From positions 149,364 to 173,363 of the forward strand of contig CAVTRF010000021.1 in assembly GCA_963736795.1 (NCBI GenBank): a stretch of DNA of 24,000 nt. Direction: 5' to 3'. The stretch comes from an uncultured delta proteobacterium. Lineage in GTDB: Bacteria > Myxococcota > Myxococcia > Myxococcales > Anaeromyxobacteraceae. Below the pieces are notes generated by a model. The model saw only the letters and a list, made by a program, of their open reading frames with translations, had not been told where the DNA came from and made no database searches. The position numbers and the translations under genes were made by a program. Below, one piece after another: positions 9,318-18,489 of the stretch (the stretch's first letter is position 1; each line of letters starts with the position of its first letter).

Positions 9318-9650
9318 ATGGCGTCGAACGACGTGGTCAACCTTCAGGACGCGACCTTCGATCAGGAGGTCCTGAAGAGCGACGTCCCGGTCCTGGTGGA
9401 CTTCTGGGCGGTGTGGTGCGGCCCCTGCAAGGCGATCGCGCCGGCGGTCGACGAGCTCGCGAAGCAGTACAAGGGGAAGGTGAAGGTCGCGAAGATGAAC
9501 GTGGACGAGCACCAGCAGGTCCCGCAGCAGTACGGGATCCGGTCGATCCCGACCCTGCTCCTGTTCAAGGGCGGCCGCGTGGTCGACACGATCGTGGGGG
9601 CGGTCCCGAAGTCGAAGCTCGAGGAGAGCCTCAAGAAGGCGATCTCCTAG
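9318..9650 (+). CDS. trxA: Thioredoxin
   Basis: 110 aa: [27 protein letters not shown]...[34 protein letters not shown], with AAGGAG ribosome binding site. Confidence 0.98.
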   Translation: MASNDVVNLQDATFDQEVLKSDVPVLVDFWAVWCGPCKAIAPAVDELAKQYKGKVKVAKMNVDEHQQVPQQYGIRSIPTLLLFKGGRVVDTIVGAVPKSKLEESLKKAIS

Positions 9651-9689
9651 CGACCGGCCGGCGAACCGCCGCGACGAGGTGGTCCCGCG

Positions 9690-9719
9690 CGCCCGCGCCC
9701 CTCACCGGGGCGGCGGGCG
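9690..9719. terminator. GC-rich hairpin between convergent trxA and rodA; possible bidirectional terminator
   Basis: CGCCCGCGCCCC - TCACC - GGGGCGGCGGGCG, 12 bp stem with one bulged G. Confidence 0.5.
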
Positions 9720-9722
9720 TCT

Positions 9723-10817
9723 TCAGTTCACGAACCGGCGCATCCCGATGTTCGCGAGCAGGCCGATGCCGACGAACACGGCGATCACCGACGACCCGCC
9801 GTAGCTCATGAGCGGCAAGGTCACGCCCACGACCGGCAGGATCCCGATCACCATCCCGACGTTGATCGCGACGTGCCAGAACAGCATCCCGGCCACGCCG
9901 ATCGCGAGGAAGCTCGCGAAGCGGTCGCGGGCGTCTCCGACGACGTCGAGCGCGCTCGCCACGAGCGCGAAGTAGAGCACGACGAGGAGGAGGCAGCCGA
10001 CGAACCCGTGCTCCTCGGCCCACACCGAGAAGATGAAGTCGGTGTGCTGCTCGGGGAGGAACGCCAGGTTGTTCTGCGTCCCCTGCCCCCAGCCCTTCCC
10101 GAGCCCCTGCCCCGAGCCGATGGCGATCATCGACTGGGTGGCGTGCCAGCCCGCCCCGCGGGCGTCGCCCTCCGGGTTGAGGAACGTCTCGATGCGCTTC
10201 TTCTGGTACGGCTTCAGGTGCGGATAGGCGAAGGTCGCCCCGCCGACCGCCACCACCGCGAGGATCGCGAGCGCCTTCCAGCGCACCCTCGCGAACAGGA
10301 TCTGGGTGAACCCGACCGAGCAGATGATGAGCGCGGTGCCGAGGTCCGGCTGGCGCAGGGTGAGCAGCGCGGGCAGGAGCGTGATCCCGAGCGGGATCGC
10401 GAGGCCGAGGAGGCCGTAGCCGTCCTTCCGCCTCTCGGCGTCCGCGTGGAACCACGAGGCGAGCGCGAGCGCGACCGCGATCTTCGCGAGCTCCGAGGGC
10501 TGCAGGTTCATGGGGCCGATGCCGATCCAGCGCCGCGCGCCCATGACGTAGCGGCCCTTCACGAGGACGAAGAGGAGCAGGAGGATGACCACCCCGTAGG
10601 CGACCCACGCGAGGCGGTGGAACGTGCGGGTGTCGAACAGCGTCAGCGCGAGCGCGACGACCACCCCGACGCCCATCCAGGCGGTCTGGCTGATCCAGAC
10701 GGGCGCGTGGGCGCTGCGCGACGCGGACGCGAGGTTCCAGATCCCGATCGCGCAGATCGCGAGGACGATCACCGCGAGGTGGAGCGGGAAGTGCGCGAAC
10801 GGACGGCGCTGCGACAT
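9723..10817 (-). CDS. rodA: Rod shape-determining SEDS glycosyltransferase RodA/MrdB
   Basis: RRWIGIGPMNLQPSELAKIAVALALASW, LRQPDLGTALIICSVGFTQILFARV, GHGWGQ-type GKGWGQGTQNNLAFLPEQHTDFIFSVWAEEHGF, PLMSYGGSSV. ATG start 10817, with upstream GTG 10841 as alternative. Confidence 0.95.
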   Translation of the reverse strand: MSQRRPFAHFPLHLAVIVLAICAIGIWNLASASRSAHAPVWISQTAWMGVGVVVALALTLFDTRTFHRLAWVAYGVVILLLLFVLVKGRYVMGARRWIGIGPMNLQPSELAKIAVALALASWFHADAERRKDGYGLLGLAIPLGITLLPALLTLRQPDLGTALIICSVGFTQILFARVRWKALAILAVVAVGGATFAYPHLKPYQKKRIETFLNPEGDARGAGWHATQSMIAIGSGQGLGKGWGQGTQNNLAFLPEQHTDFIFSVWAEEHGFVGCLLLVVLYFALVASALDVVGDARDRFASFLAIGVAGMLFWHVAINVGMVIGILPVVGVTLPLMSYGGSSVIAVFVGIGLLANIGMRRFVN

Positions 10818-10833
10818 CGCCGCGAGGGAGACC

Positions 10834-12930
10834 TCAGCCACGGGCCCCTCCCGCGTGTGCGCGCGCGGCCCCGAGCTTCGGCGGCTCCGCCGCCCCCGCG
10901 CCGCGGGTCGGGACCGGCGATCGCGTGGGGGGCGGTGGGTCCGCGGGGGGCGGCGGCTGCGGGGCCGGGCCGGCACGCTCCGCTGCGTCCTCGGCGCGGA
11001 GCTCGAGCCAGCGCCGCACCACCGCGCTCGCGGTCGGCGCGGCCTTGGACGAGCCGAACCCCGAGTGCTCGTTCAGGACCACGACGACGATCTCCGGATC
11101 CTCCGCCGGCGCGAACGCGGCGAACCAGGCGTGGTCGCGCTCGAAGTAGGAGACCTGCTCCGCCTTGAGCCGCCGCGCGCCCATCTTCACGACCTGGGCG
11201 GTGCCGGTCTTCCCGGCCATCACGACGTCCGGGAGGCGCGAGCCGTACGCGGTTCCGAAGGGCTCGTTCACCGCGGCGAGGAGCCCCTTCAGCACCGCCG
11301 CGCGCGTCGACTTCTGGACCACGGGCCGGCCGCGCTCCTGCGGCGAGAACTCCTGGACGACGCGCCCGTCGGGGTCCTCGACCCGCAGCACCACCTGCGG
11401 CTTCCACAGGATCCCGGTCGCGAGCGCGCCGTAGAAGACGAGCTGCTGCATGGGCGTGACGTTCACGTCGCCCTGGCCGATCGCGAGGTTCACCGGCATG
11501 CCCTTCTGGTACCCGCCGGCGAGGTGCCGGTCGTGCCACGCCACGTCGGGGATCACGCCCGGTACCTCGCTCGTCACCTCGAACCCGGTGGGCACGCCGA
11601 GGCCGAACGCGTTCGCCCACTTCGCGATCGCGTCGGCGCCGAGCCGCGCGCCCGCCTCGTAGAAGAACACGTCGCAGCTCGCGCCGAGCGCGTGCTCGAA
11701 GTCCACCGCGCCGTGGCCCGACTCCTTGTCGCAGCGCCACACGTGCGAGCCCATCCGGAAGTGGCCGGGGCAGAAGACCGTCTGGCCGGGCCGGTAGACG
11801 CCCTCCTCGAGCGCCGCGATCGAGGTGAGCGCCTTGAAGGTCGAGCCCGGGTGGTAGTGCTGCTGCACCGCGCGGAACAGCTCGGGCTGGAGCGGGTCGG
11901 AGTGGATCGCGGCGAGCTCCGCGCCGCTGATGCGGCCCGACATCTTGTTCGGATCGGGCGCGGGCCGGTCCACGAGCGCGAGGATGAACCCGGTCTTCGC
12001 GTCCATGGCGAGGACGCTGCCGGCGGTCGCCGGGAAGGTCTTCTCGGCGAACTCCTGGAGGCGCCAGTCGAGCGAGAGGACGAGGTTCTTCCCCGGGCTC
12101 GAGGGGACGACGCGCAGCGCCGCCGGGATGAACTCGTCGGCGTCGTCCTTCCGGCGACCCTTCGCGTCCACCGGGACGCGCTCCTTGCCGTCGATGCCGC
12201 GCAGGTCGCGCTCGAACTTCCGCTCGAGGCCGCGCCGGCCGACGTAGTCGCCGGGCACGTACGGCGCCTGCCGCGCGGCGGCGTGCGCCGGGTCCTCGCC
12301 CTGGCGCCGCTCGTCCTCGCGCTTCTTCAGATCCTCGTTGAGCCGCTTCAGCTCGTCCGGGCCCGCCTCGTTCATGTAGCCGATGAGGTGGCCGCCGAAC
12401 CCGGAGTACCGGTAGTTCCGGTGTGGGGTCGCGACGACGTCGACGCCGAGCAGGTCCATCTGGTTCGCGAGGTACAGGTCGAGCGCGTCGCGCCCCACGT
12501 CGATCTTCACGACGAACGGCTGGAAGCGGTCGAGGCTCTTCGCGTTGCTCGTCGCCCCCTTCACCTGGGCGCGGGCACGCTCGATCTCCTCCTGGGACAG
12601 CGACATCATCGTCGCGAGGCGCGAGAGCACCTCGTCGCACTGCTTGCCGCAGAAGTGCGGCGTGAGCGTCACGTCGTACGAGGGGCGCGAGTCCACGAGG
12701 ACGCGGTGGTGCCGGTCGAGGATGAGGCCGCGGTCGGCCGGCTGCCGCAGCTCCTTGACGTAGTTGTCGTCCGCCTTCTCCTTGTACTCGTCGCCCCGGA
12801 GGATCTGGAGCTGGTACAGGCGACCGACGAGCACGAGGAAGGACGTGACGAGGACGCAGGTCGCCCAGAAGAGGCGGGGCCTGAAGTCCTTCTGCGCCGC
12901 ACCGGGCGCGCTGGGAGGGATGAGGGACAT
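10834..12930 (-). CDS. mrdA: Penicillin-binding protein 2, elongasome transpeptidase
   Basis: YNYVKEL-type dimerisation region, transpeptidase motifs STFK (HPGSTFKALTSIAALE), SCDVFFYEAG and KTGTAQV; next to rodA. Confidence 0.95.
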   Translation of the reverse strand: MSLIPPSAPGAAQKDFRPRLFWATCVLVTSFLVLVGRLYQLQILRGDEYKEKADDNYVKELRQPADRGLILDRHHRVLVDSRPSYDVTLTPHFCGKQCDEVLSRLATMMSLSQEEIERARAQVKGATSNAKSLDRFQPFVVKIDVGRDALDLYLANQMDLLGVDVVATPHRNYRYSGFGGHLIGYMNEAGPDELKRLNEDLKKREDERRQGEDPAHAAARQAPYVPGDYVGRRGLERKFERDLRGIDGKERVPVDAKGRRKDDADEFIPAALRVVPSSPGKNLVLSLDWRLQEFAEKTFPATAGSVLAMDAKTGFILALVDRPAPDPNKMSGRISGAELAAIHSDPLQPELFRAVQQHYHPGSTFKALTSIAALEEGVYRPGQTVFCPGHFRMGSHVWRCDKESGHGAVDFEHALGASCDVFFYEAGARLGADAIAKWANAFGLGVPTGFEVTSEVPGVIPDVAWHDRHLAGGYQKGMPVNLAIGQGDVNVTPMQQLVFYGALATGILWKPQVVLRVEDPDGRVVQEFSPQERGRPVVQKSTRAAVLKGLLAAVNEPFGTAYGSRLPDVVMAGKTGTAQVVKMGARRLKAEQVSYFERDHAWFAAFAPAEDPEIVVVVLNEHSGFGSSKAAPTASAVVRRWLELRAEDAAERAGPAPQPPPPADPPPPTRSPVPTRGAGAAEPPKLGAARAHAGGARG

Positions 12931-12932
12931 CG

Positions 12933-13442
12933 CTAGCGGAGGAGCCCCGGCTCCTCCCGGTGGAACAGCGTGTCGATCCGGTTCAATCCGACCCCCACCA
13001 CCGGAGCGAGCGCGGCGGTGAGGACCGCCTCGAGGAGCATGCGCGGGAAGAGCACCGCGCCAGGGATGGCGTCCTCCGGCGTCGTGTTGCGCAGGAGGAC
13101 GGTCGCGCAGATCGAGAGGAAGAGCGCGCCGAACCCGGAGAGGAGGATGAACGCGCCGCGCTCGCGGGTGTCCACCGCGGCGGAGACGGCGCGCACGATG
13201 ACGAAGAGCAGGACGGCGAGGAACGTCATGAGCCCCTTCGGCGTCCCGGCCATGAGGTCCATCACGTACCCGACGCCGGCCGCCGCCACCGAGCCCTCCA
13301 CGTTCCCGCCGTGGAGCCCGAGGTGCACGACGCAGACCGCGAGCAGCGCGAGCGAGAACGCGCCGCCGCCGACCCAGCGGAGCAGCGCCGCCTGGAGCGC
13401 CGCGACGAGCAGCGCGAACGCGACATGGGCGAGGGGCTTCAA
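12933..13442 (-). CDS. mreD: Rod shape-determining protein MreD
   Basis: 169 aa small hydrophobic protein LKPLAHVAFALLVAALQAALLRW...YVMDLMAGTPKGLMTFLAVLLFVIVRAV, between mreC and mrdA. Probable TTG start at 13442 overlapping the mreC stop. Confidence 0.85.
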   Translation of the reverse strand: MKPLAHVAFALLVAALQAALLRWVGGGAFSLALLAVCVVHLGLHGGNVEGSVAAAGVGYVMDLMAGTPKGLMTFLAVLLFVIVRAVSAAVDTRERGAFILLSGFGALFLSICATVLLRNTTPEDAIPGAVLFPRMLLEAVLTAALAPVVGVGLNRIDTLFHREEPGLLR

Positions 13443-14314
13443 GGCAGCTTCCCGGGAGCGTACGCCGCGGGCAGGATCTCGGCCGGCCGCTCCCACGCGG
13501 TGAGCACGAGCACCTCCTCGAGCCGCGTCACGTCCACCGCCGGGGCGACGCGCGACTCCTGGAAGAGCCCGTGCTGCTTGCGGTCGAGCTGCGTCACCTT
13601 CCCGACCGGGAGCCCGCGCGGGAAGACGCCGTCGGTGCCGGAGGTGACGATCGCGTCGCCCTCGATGATGTCCTCGGTCCGGAGCGCGTAGTCGAGCCGG
13701 CACAGCTCGGGCTTCCCGAGCCCGCGCACGTTGGCGCGCGCGCGCGTCCGCTCCACGCGGGCGGCGATCGAGCTGTTGAGGTCGGTGAGCACGAGCACGT
13801 CCGCGGTGCGCCCCGCGACCGCGTGGACCCGACCGACGACGCCCTCCGCGACGAGGACCGGCATCATCGACGCGATCCCGTCGTCGCTGCCGCGATCGAC
13901 CGTGAGGAGCTGCCGTCCGACCGTGCCGAGCCGGATGCCGATGACGCGGGCGCCGACGTAGCGGCGCTCGCCCGAGGCCTCCGCGAACCCGAGCAGCCGC
14001 TCCAGCCGCTCCGCCTCGCCGCGCGCCGCGACGAGCTGCTGGCGCTCGAGCTCGAGCGTCCGCACCCTCTCCGAGAGCCCGGCCGCCCGCTCGTGCGCTC
14101 CGCGCAGCGCGACGTAGCCGTGCCACCCGCGGAGCACGCCCGTGACGCTCCACGCCACGACGCGCTCGACCGGCGTCGCGAGCCAGACCACCGCGCGGTC
14201 GAGCCGCGATCGCTCCGGCGCGCGCTTCGCGTGCGCGAAGAACACCCCGAGTGGTACGACGAGCAGAACCGCGACGAGGATCAGCTCGCGGTACCGCTTC
14301 AGCAATGCAAGCAC
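13439..14314 (-). CDS. mreC: Rod shape-determining protein MreC
   Basis: N-terminal TM, RTLELERQQLVAARGEAERLERLLGF coiled coil, VGARVIGIRLGTVGRQLLTVDRGSDDGIASMMPVLVAEGVVGRVHAVAGRTADVLVLTDLNSSIAAR. GTG start. Confidence 0.95.
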   Translation of the reverse strand: MLALLKRYRELILVAVLLVVPLGVFFAHAKRAPERSRLDRAVVWLATPVERVVAWSVTGVLRGWHGYVALRGAHERAAGLSERVRTLELERQQLVAARGEAERLERLLGFAEASGERRYVGARVIGIRLGTVGRQLLTVDRGSDDGIASMMPVLVAEGVVGRVHAVAGRTADVLVLTDLNSSIAARVERTRARANVRGLGKPELCRLDYALRTEDIIEGDAIVTSGTDGVFPRGLPVGKVTQLDRKQHGLFQESRVAPAVDVTRLEEVLVLTAWERPAEILPAAYAPGKLP

Positions 14315-14344
14315 TGGAACTCCGTGAGGGGGAAAAACCCTTGC

Positions 14345-14374
14345 ATTTTAGCGCTTGTTGAATAGGGTGTTCAA
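14345..14374 (-). promoter_or_regulatory. Candidate sigma70-type promoter for the mreC-mreD-mrdA-rodA operon: TTGAAC-N18-TAAAAT on the minus strand
   Basis: -10 TAAAAT (5/6) as plus-strand ATTTTA 14345-14350, -35 TTGAAC (4/6) as plus-strand GTTCAA 14369-14374, local AT-rich island upstream of mreC GTG 14314. Confidence 0.5.
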
Positions 14375-14431
14375 CTTCTTGCGCCCGGGAACTCTCGGGT
14401 GCCGACCTTCAACAACTCGGGGCTCCGCTTC

Positions 14432-15965
14432 ATGCTCGATATCCTCCGGGCGAACACGAAGAGCACGTTCACGTGGCTCATCGTCATCGGGATCGTGGTC
14501 GTCTTCGCCATCAACTTCGGGCCGGGCTCTCTCTCGAAGGGGGGAGGCTGCGCCGGGTCCGCCGTCCCGTACGCCGCCAAGGTGAACGGGAAGACGATCC
14601 CCGCCTCCGAGTGGGACCGGCAGTACCGCCAGCTGTACCAGCTCTTCCGCCAGCAGGCGGGTGAGGCGTTCACGCGCGACCTCGCGGACCAGCTCGGGAT
14701 CCCCGCGCAGGCGATGGAGCAGATCGTCGATCGCGAGCTCGTCGTGCAGGAGGCGCGGCGCCGCGGGCTCGCGATCTCGCGCGACGAGCTGACCCGCGCG
14801 GTGCACGCGATGCCCTGGGCCCAGGAGGGCGGAGTCTTCAACTTCGCCGTGTACCAGGAGGGCACCCGCTCGATGTACGGCTCCGCGGGCAAGTTCGAGG
14901 CGGCGCTCAAGGACGACCTGCTCTACCAGAAGATGATGGCCGCGCTCCGCGAAACCGTGAAGATCTCCGAGACGGAGGTCCGCGAGGCCTGGGAGGGTGA
15001 CGCCGATCGGGCCGCGCTCCAGTTCGTGCGCGTGCCGCTCGCCGCGGCCGAGCCGCTCGTGAAGGTCTCCCCCGACGAGGTGAACGCCTTCGCGGCGAAG
15101 GAAGGCGCACGCATCGAGAAGTTCTACGGCGACAACGCCGCCCGCTTCGACCAGAAGAAGAAGGTCCGGGTGCGCCACGTCCTCGCCAAGATCGCGCCGG
15201 GTGGTGACGAAGCCTCCGCGAAGAAGCGGATCGAGGACGCGCAGGCGCGCGTGAAGAAGGGCGAGGACTTCGCGAAGGTCGCCCAGGCGCTCTCCGACGA
15301 CGAGAACACGAAGGGCCGCGGCGGCGATCTCGGCTTCGTCTCGGAGGGGCTCTTCGACGACGCCTTCGCCGCGGCGGCGCTCGCGCTCGAGCCGGGACAG
15401 GTCTCGGAACCCGTCCGGAGCCAGTCCGGCTGGCACCTCGTCCAGGCGACCGAGGTCGTCCCGGCGAAGAAGGTCTCGCTCGACGACGCCCGCGAAGACG
15501 ATCGCCCGCGAGCTGCTCGTGAAGGACCGGTCGCAGGCGCTCGCGCGTGAGCGCGCGCAGGCTGCGCTCGACGCCGCCAAGGCGGGGCGCCCGCTCGCGG
15601 CCGTGAAGCTCGGCACCCAGACCGCCGCGCCGGAGGAGACCGGCCCGTTCGGCCGCGCCAGCCCGTTCGTGCCGAAGGTCGGCGAGGCGCAGGGCCTCAT
15701 GCAGGACGCGTTCGCGGCGAAGGCGGGGCAGGTGCTCCCGCGCCTCTACGAGACCCCCGCCGGCCCGGTCGTCGCCGTGCTGAAGGTTCGCGAGACGCCC
15801 GACCCGAAGGCGTTCGAGGCGCAGCGCGAGGCGCTCGAGACGCGGCTCCGGAACCGCAAGGAGTCGCAGGTGCAGGGCGCGTGGCTTCGCGCGCTGCGCG
15901 ACGGGTCGACCATCGAGACGAACCCCGAGCTCCTCGCCGCGGCCACGCGCGCGCGCGGGGAGTGA
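14432..15965 (+). CDS. PpiD/SurA-type membrane-anchored peptidyl-prolyl cis-trans isomerase; one apparent +1 frameshift near 15500
   Basis: [29 protein letters not shown] anchor, [22 protein letters not shown]-domain, rotamase [62 protein letters not shown]. Continues in the next frame as [20 protein letters not shown] to 15965. GTG 14399 is an alternative start. Confidence 0.87.
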
Positions 15966-15984
15966 TCGTCCGGGCGGGTCGCCG

Positions 15985-17193
15985 GTGACTCCGCGCCTCG
16001 TCCTCGCCTCCCAGAGCCCGCGGCGCCGCGAGCTGCTCGCCCAGCTCGGGGTGGCGCTCGAGGTCCGTCCGGCCGACGCGGACGAGTCGGTCCTCCCGGA
16101 CGAGCCGCCGCGCGACTACGTCCTGCGGGTCGCCCGCGAGAAGGCGCGCGCCGTCCCGGGCGAGGTCGTCCTCGCCGCCGACACCGCCGTCGTGCTCGGG
16201 GCCGAGGTGCTCGGAAAGCCCCGGGACGCGGAGGACGCCCGCCGCATGCTGCGGGCGCTCTCCGGCACCGCGCACGAGGTCCTCACCGCGGTGTGCGTCC
16301 GGCGCGCGCAGGCCGGCGGCGCGCTCGAGCTCGACGTGGTGGTGGCGACGCGGGTGCGGTTCGCCCGGCTCGGCCCCCGAGAGATCGACTGGTACGTCGC
16401 GACGGGCGAGCCGCTCGACAAGGCGGGCGCGTACGCGATCCAGGGCGCGGGCGGCGCGTTCGTGCTCGGGGTCGAGGGGAGCGTCTCGAACGTCGTCGGG
16501 CTTCCGCTCGCGGAGACCGCCGAGCTCCTCTCGCCGCGCCGGGTTCCCCCTCCCCTGGAGCGGCCGGTGACCGTGGCGGCGAGGCTCGCGGCGCTGCGCG
16601 CCGGGATCCCGGCGGGGGTGACCCTCGTCGCGGTCTCGAAGACGCACGGCCCGGAGGCGATCCGCGAGGCGTACGCCGCGGGCCAGCGCGACTTCGGCGA
16701 GAACTACGCCCAGGAGTGGCGCGACAAGGCCGACGCGCTCGCCGATCTCGGGGAGCTGCGCTGGCACTTCATCGGCGGGCTCCAGACGAACAAGGTGAAG
16801 TATCTCGCGGGGCGCGTCGCCGCGATCCACGCGGTGGACCGGATCGAGCTCGCCCGCGAGATCTCGAAGCGCTTCGCCGCGAAGGGCGCGACCGCGCGGG
16901 TCTTCCTCGAGGTGAACACCGGGGGCGAGGCGACGAAGTCCGGCTGCGCGCCTGGCGACGCGCCGGGGCTCGCCGCGGCCACGCGGGCCCTGCCGTCGCT
17001 CGAGCTCGCGGGGCTCATGTGCATCCCGCCCCCCGGCGAGGACCCGCGCGCTCACTTCCGGCTGCTCCGGGCGCTGCGCGACCAGCTCGGGCTCGCCGAG
17101 CTCTCGATGGGGATGAGCGCCGACTGGCGGATCGCGGTCGAGGAGGGCTCGACCTGCGTCCGCGTCGGCACCGCCATCTTCGGCGAGCGGTGA
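15985..17193 (+). CDS. Fusion of a Maf-family nucleotide pyrophosphatase (about aa 1-185) and a YggS/PLPBP-family PLP-binding protein (about aa 195-402)
   Basis: Maf: [74 protein letters not shown]. YggS: [94 protein letters not shown]. No stop codon between them. Confidence 0.93.
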   Translation: MTPRLVLASQSPRRRELLAQLGVALEVRPADADESVLPDEPPRDYVLRVAREKARAVPGEVVLAADTAVVLGAEVLGKPRDAEDARRMLRALSGTAHEVLTAVCVRRAQAGGALELDVVVATRVRFARLGPREIDWYVATGEPLDKAGAYAIQGAGGAFVLGVEGSVSNVVGLPLAETAELLSPRRVPPPLERPVTVAARLAALRAGIPAGVTLVAVSKTHGPEAIREAYAAGQRDFGENYAQEWRDKADALADLGELRWHFIGGLQTNKVKYLAGRVAAIHAVDRIELAREISKRFAAKGATARVFLEVNTGGEATKSGCAPGDAPGLAAATRALPSLELAGLMCIPPPGEDPRAHFRLLRALRDQLGLAELSMGMSADWRIAVEEGSTCVRVGTAIFGER

Positions 17194-17212
17194 CGGGCGC
17201 AGCGGCCGACGT

Positions 17213-17428
17213 TCAGACCGCCTTCAGCTTGAGCCGACCCGAGTCGTTCACGTCGGCCCGGAACTCCTGGCCGCAGTAGTAGCAGCGCACCTCGTCGCCG
17301 TCGCCGAACGCGTCGTCGTACGGGTTGTTCGCGTTGCAGTCCGGACAGTCGAAGTCCTGGAACTTGCGCGAGCGGCCGAGGTCCTCTCCCTGGCCCTTGT
17401 CGTCCTCGTCGTACTGGTCGGTCGGCAT
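17213..17428 (-). CDS. Small zinc-ribbon-like protein, 71 aa
   Basis: Two CXXC knuckles (CPDCNANN ... CYYCGQEF) in an acidic 71 aa ORF with ATG start. Confidence 0.75.
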   Translation of the reverse strand: MPTDQYDEDDKGQGEDLGRSRKFQDFDCPDCNANNPYDDAFGDGDEVRCYYCGQEFRADVNDSGRLKLKAV

Positions 17429-17670
17429 CCGATCCCTCCGCGCCCGGGCGGGCGCACCCCGGAGCGTACGCCAGGTCCCTCCCGGAATGGAGCGGCCCCG
17501 CCGTGCATTCCGACAAGACCGTGGACCGGCGTGACGCGGGTGTGGTGCACCTGCGTCGGGGGCGTTGCCGGGACCCCTCGAAGTCCTCAGACATGACCGG
17601 GGGCCGCGCTGGCCCCGTCGTTGCTCCCTGCTGCCCGACGACCCGCACTCTCACCCACGCCCAGGACCCC

Positions 17671-18417
17671 ATGAACGCGCTCAGGCTCATCGCAGCGGCC
17701 GCCCTCATCGCGGCGTGCCGCATCGCCTCCGCCCAGGCGTTCGCCCCCGGCGAGGAGACGGTCCTGCAGGTCCGCTACCTGAACCTGCCGAGCGGCGAGG
17801 GCCGCATCACGGTCGGCGAGGCGGCGGGCGAGGTGTGGCCGGTCATCTTCCAGGCAAAAACGCAGGGGCTCGCCGGGTTCCTCGACATCCGCGAGCACCT
17901 CGTCTCGTACTGGGACGCGACCGCGCTCCACTCGCGCGGGTACGACCTGCGCGCGTACGAGGTGGGCGACTTCCACAGCGACAGCGCGCGCTTCGACCGG
18001 GTGAACGGCACCGCGACGTACGAGAAGCAGCGCAAGGGTAAGCGCACGGTGAAGAAGCTCGAGATCCCCGCGGACGTGCACGACCTCACCGGAGCGCTCA
18101 TGTGGCTCCGGCTGCAGCGGCTCGAGCCGGGCCACCATCACGAGCTCCCGATCGTGACCGGCTCGAGGCAGTTCACGCTCGTCGCCGACGTCCTCGCTCG
18201 CGAGACGATCGACACCCCCGCCGGGCGCTTCGCCGCGCTGAAGGTGCAGGTCCGCATGGGGCTCGACGGGAAGTTCTCCACGAAGCGCGACACGTCGGTG
18301 TGGCTCTCGGACGACCCGCGCCACGTCCTCGTCCGGCTGTCCGCGGACTTCGCGGTGGGCAGCGTGGTCGCGACGCTGAAGAGCTACCGCCCGGGCACGC
18401 AGCTCGCGGCACGTTAG
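17671..18417 (+). CDS. Secreted DUF3108-like protein, copy 1
   Basis: Signal peptide MNALRLIAAAALIAACRIASAQA; TVLQVRYLNLPSGEGRITVGEA...VHDLTGALMWLRLQRLEPGHHHELPIVTGSRQFTLVADVLARETIDTPAGRFAALKVQ...VWLSDDPRHVLVRLSADFAVGSVVATL. ORF 17503 start is too early. Confidence 0.8.
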   Translation: MNALRLIAAAALIAACRIASAQAFAPGEETVLQVRYLNLPSGEGRITVGEAAGEVWPVIFQAKTQGLAGFLDIREHLVSYWDATALHSRGYDLRAYEVGDFHSDSARFDRVNGTATYEKQRKGKRTVKKLEIPADVHDLTGALMWLRLQRLEPGHHHELPIVTGSRQFTLVADVLARETIDTPAGRFAALKVQVRMGLDGKFSTKRDTSVWLSDDPRHVLVRLSADFAVGSVVATLKSYRPGTQLAAR

Positions 18418-18489
18418 GGGCGACTCGGCCCATCGACGAGCGCGGGGCCTCGCGCCTCGGACCCCGGGCGCGATGTCTAGCTTCCCCGC

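Noticed and set aside
10624-12936. 770-aa plus-strand ORF and the 10769..12640 minus-strand 623-aa ORF over mrdA
   Set aside because: Composition-driven shadow ORFs. The frame with STFK/KTGTAQV motifs is the 698-aa PBP2 frame.
12933-14153. 406-aa minus-strand ORF taken whole as MreD
   Set aside because: Only the last 169 aa match MreD; the N-terminal part is out-of-frame reading of mreC.
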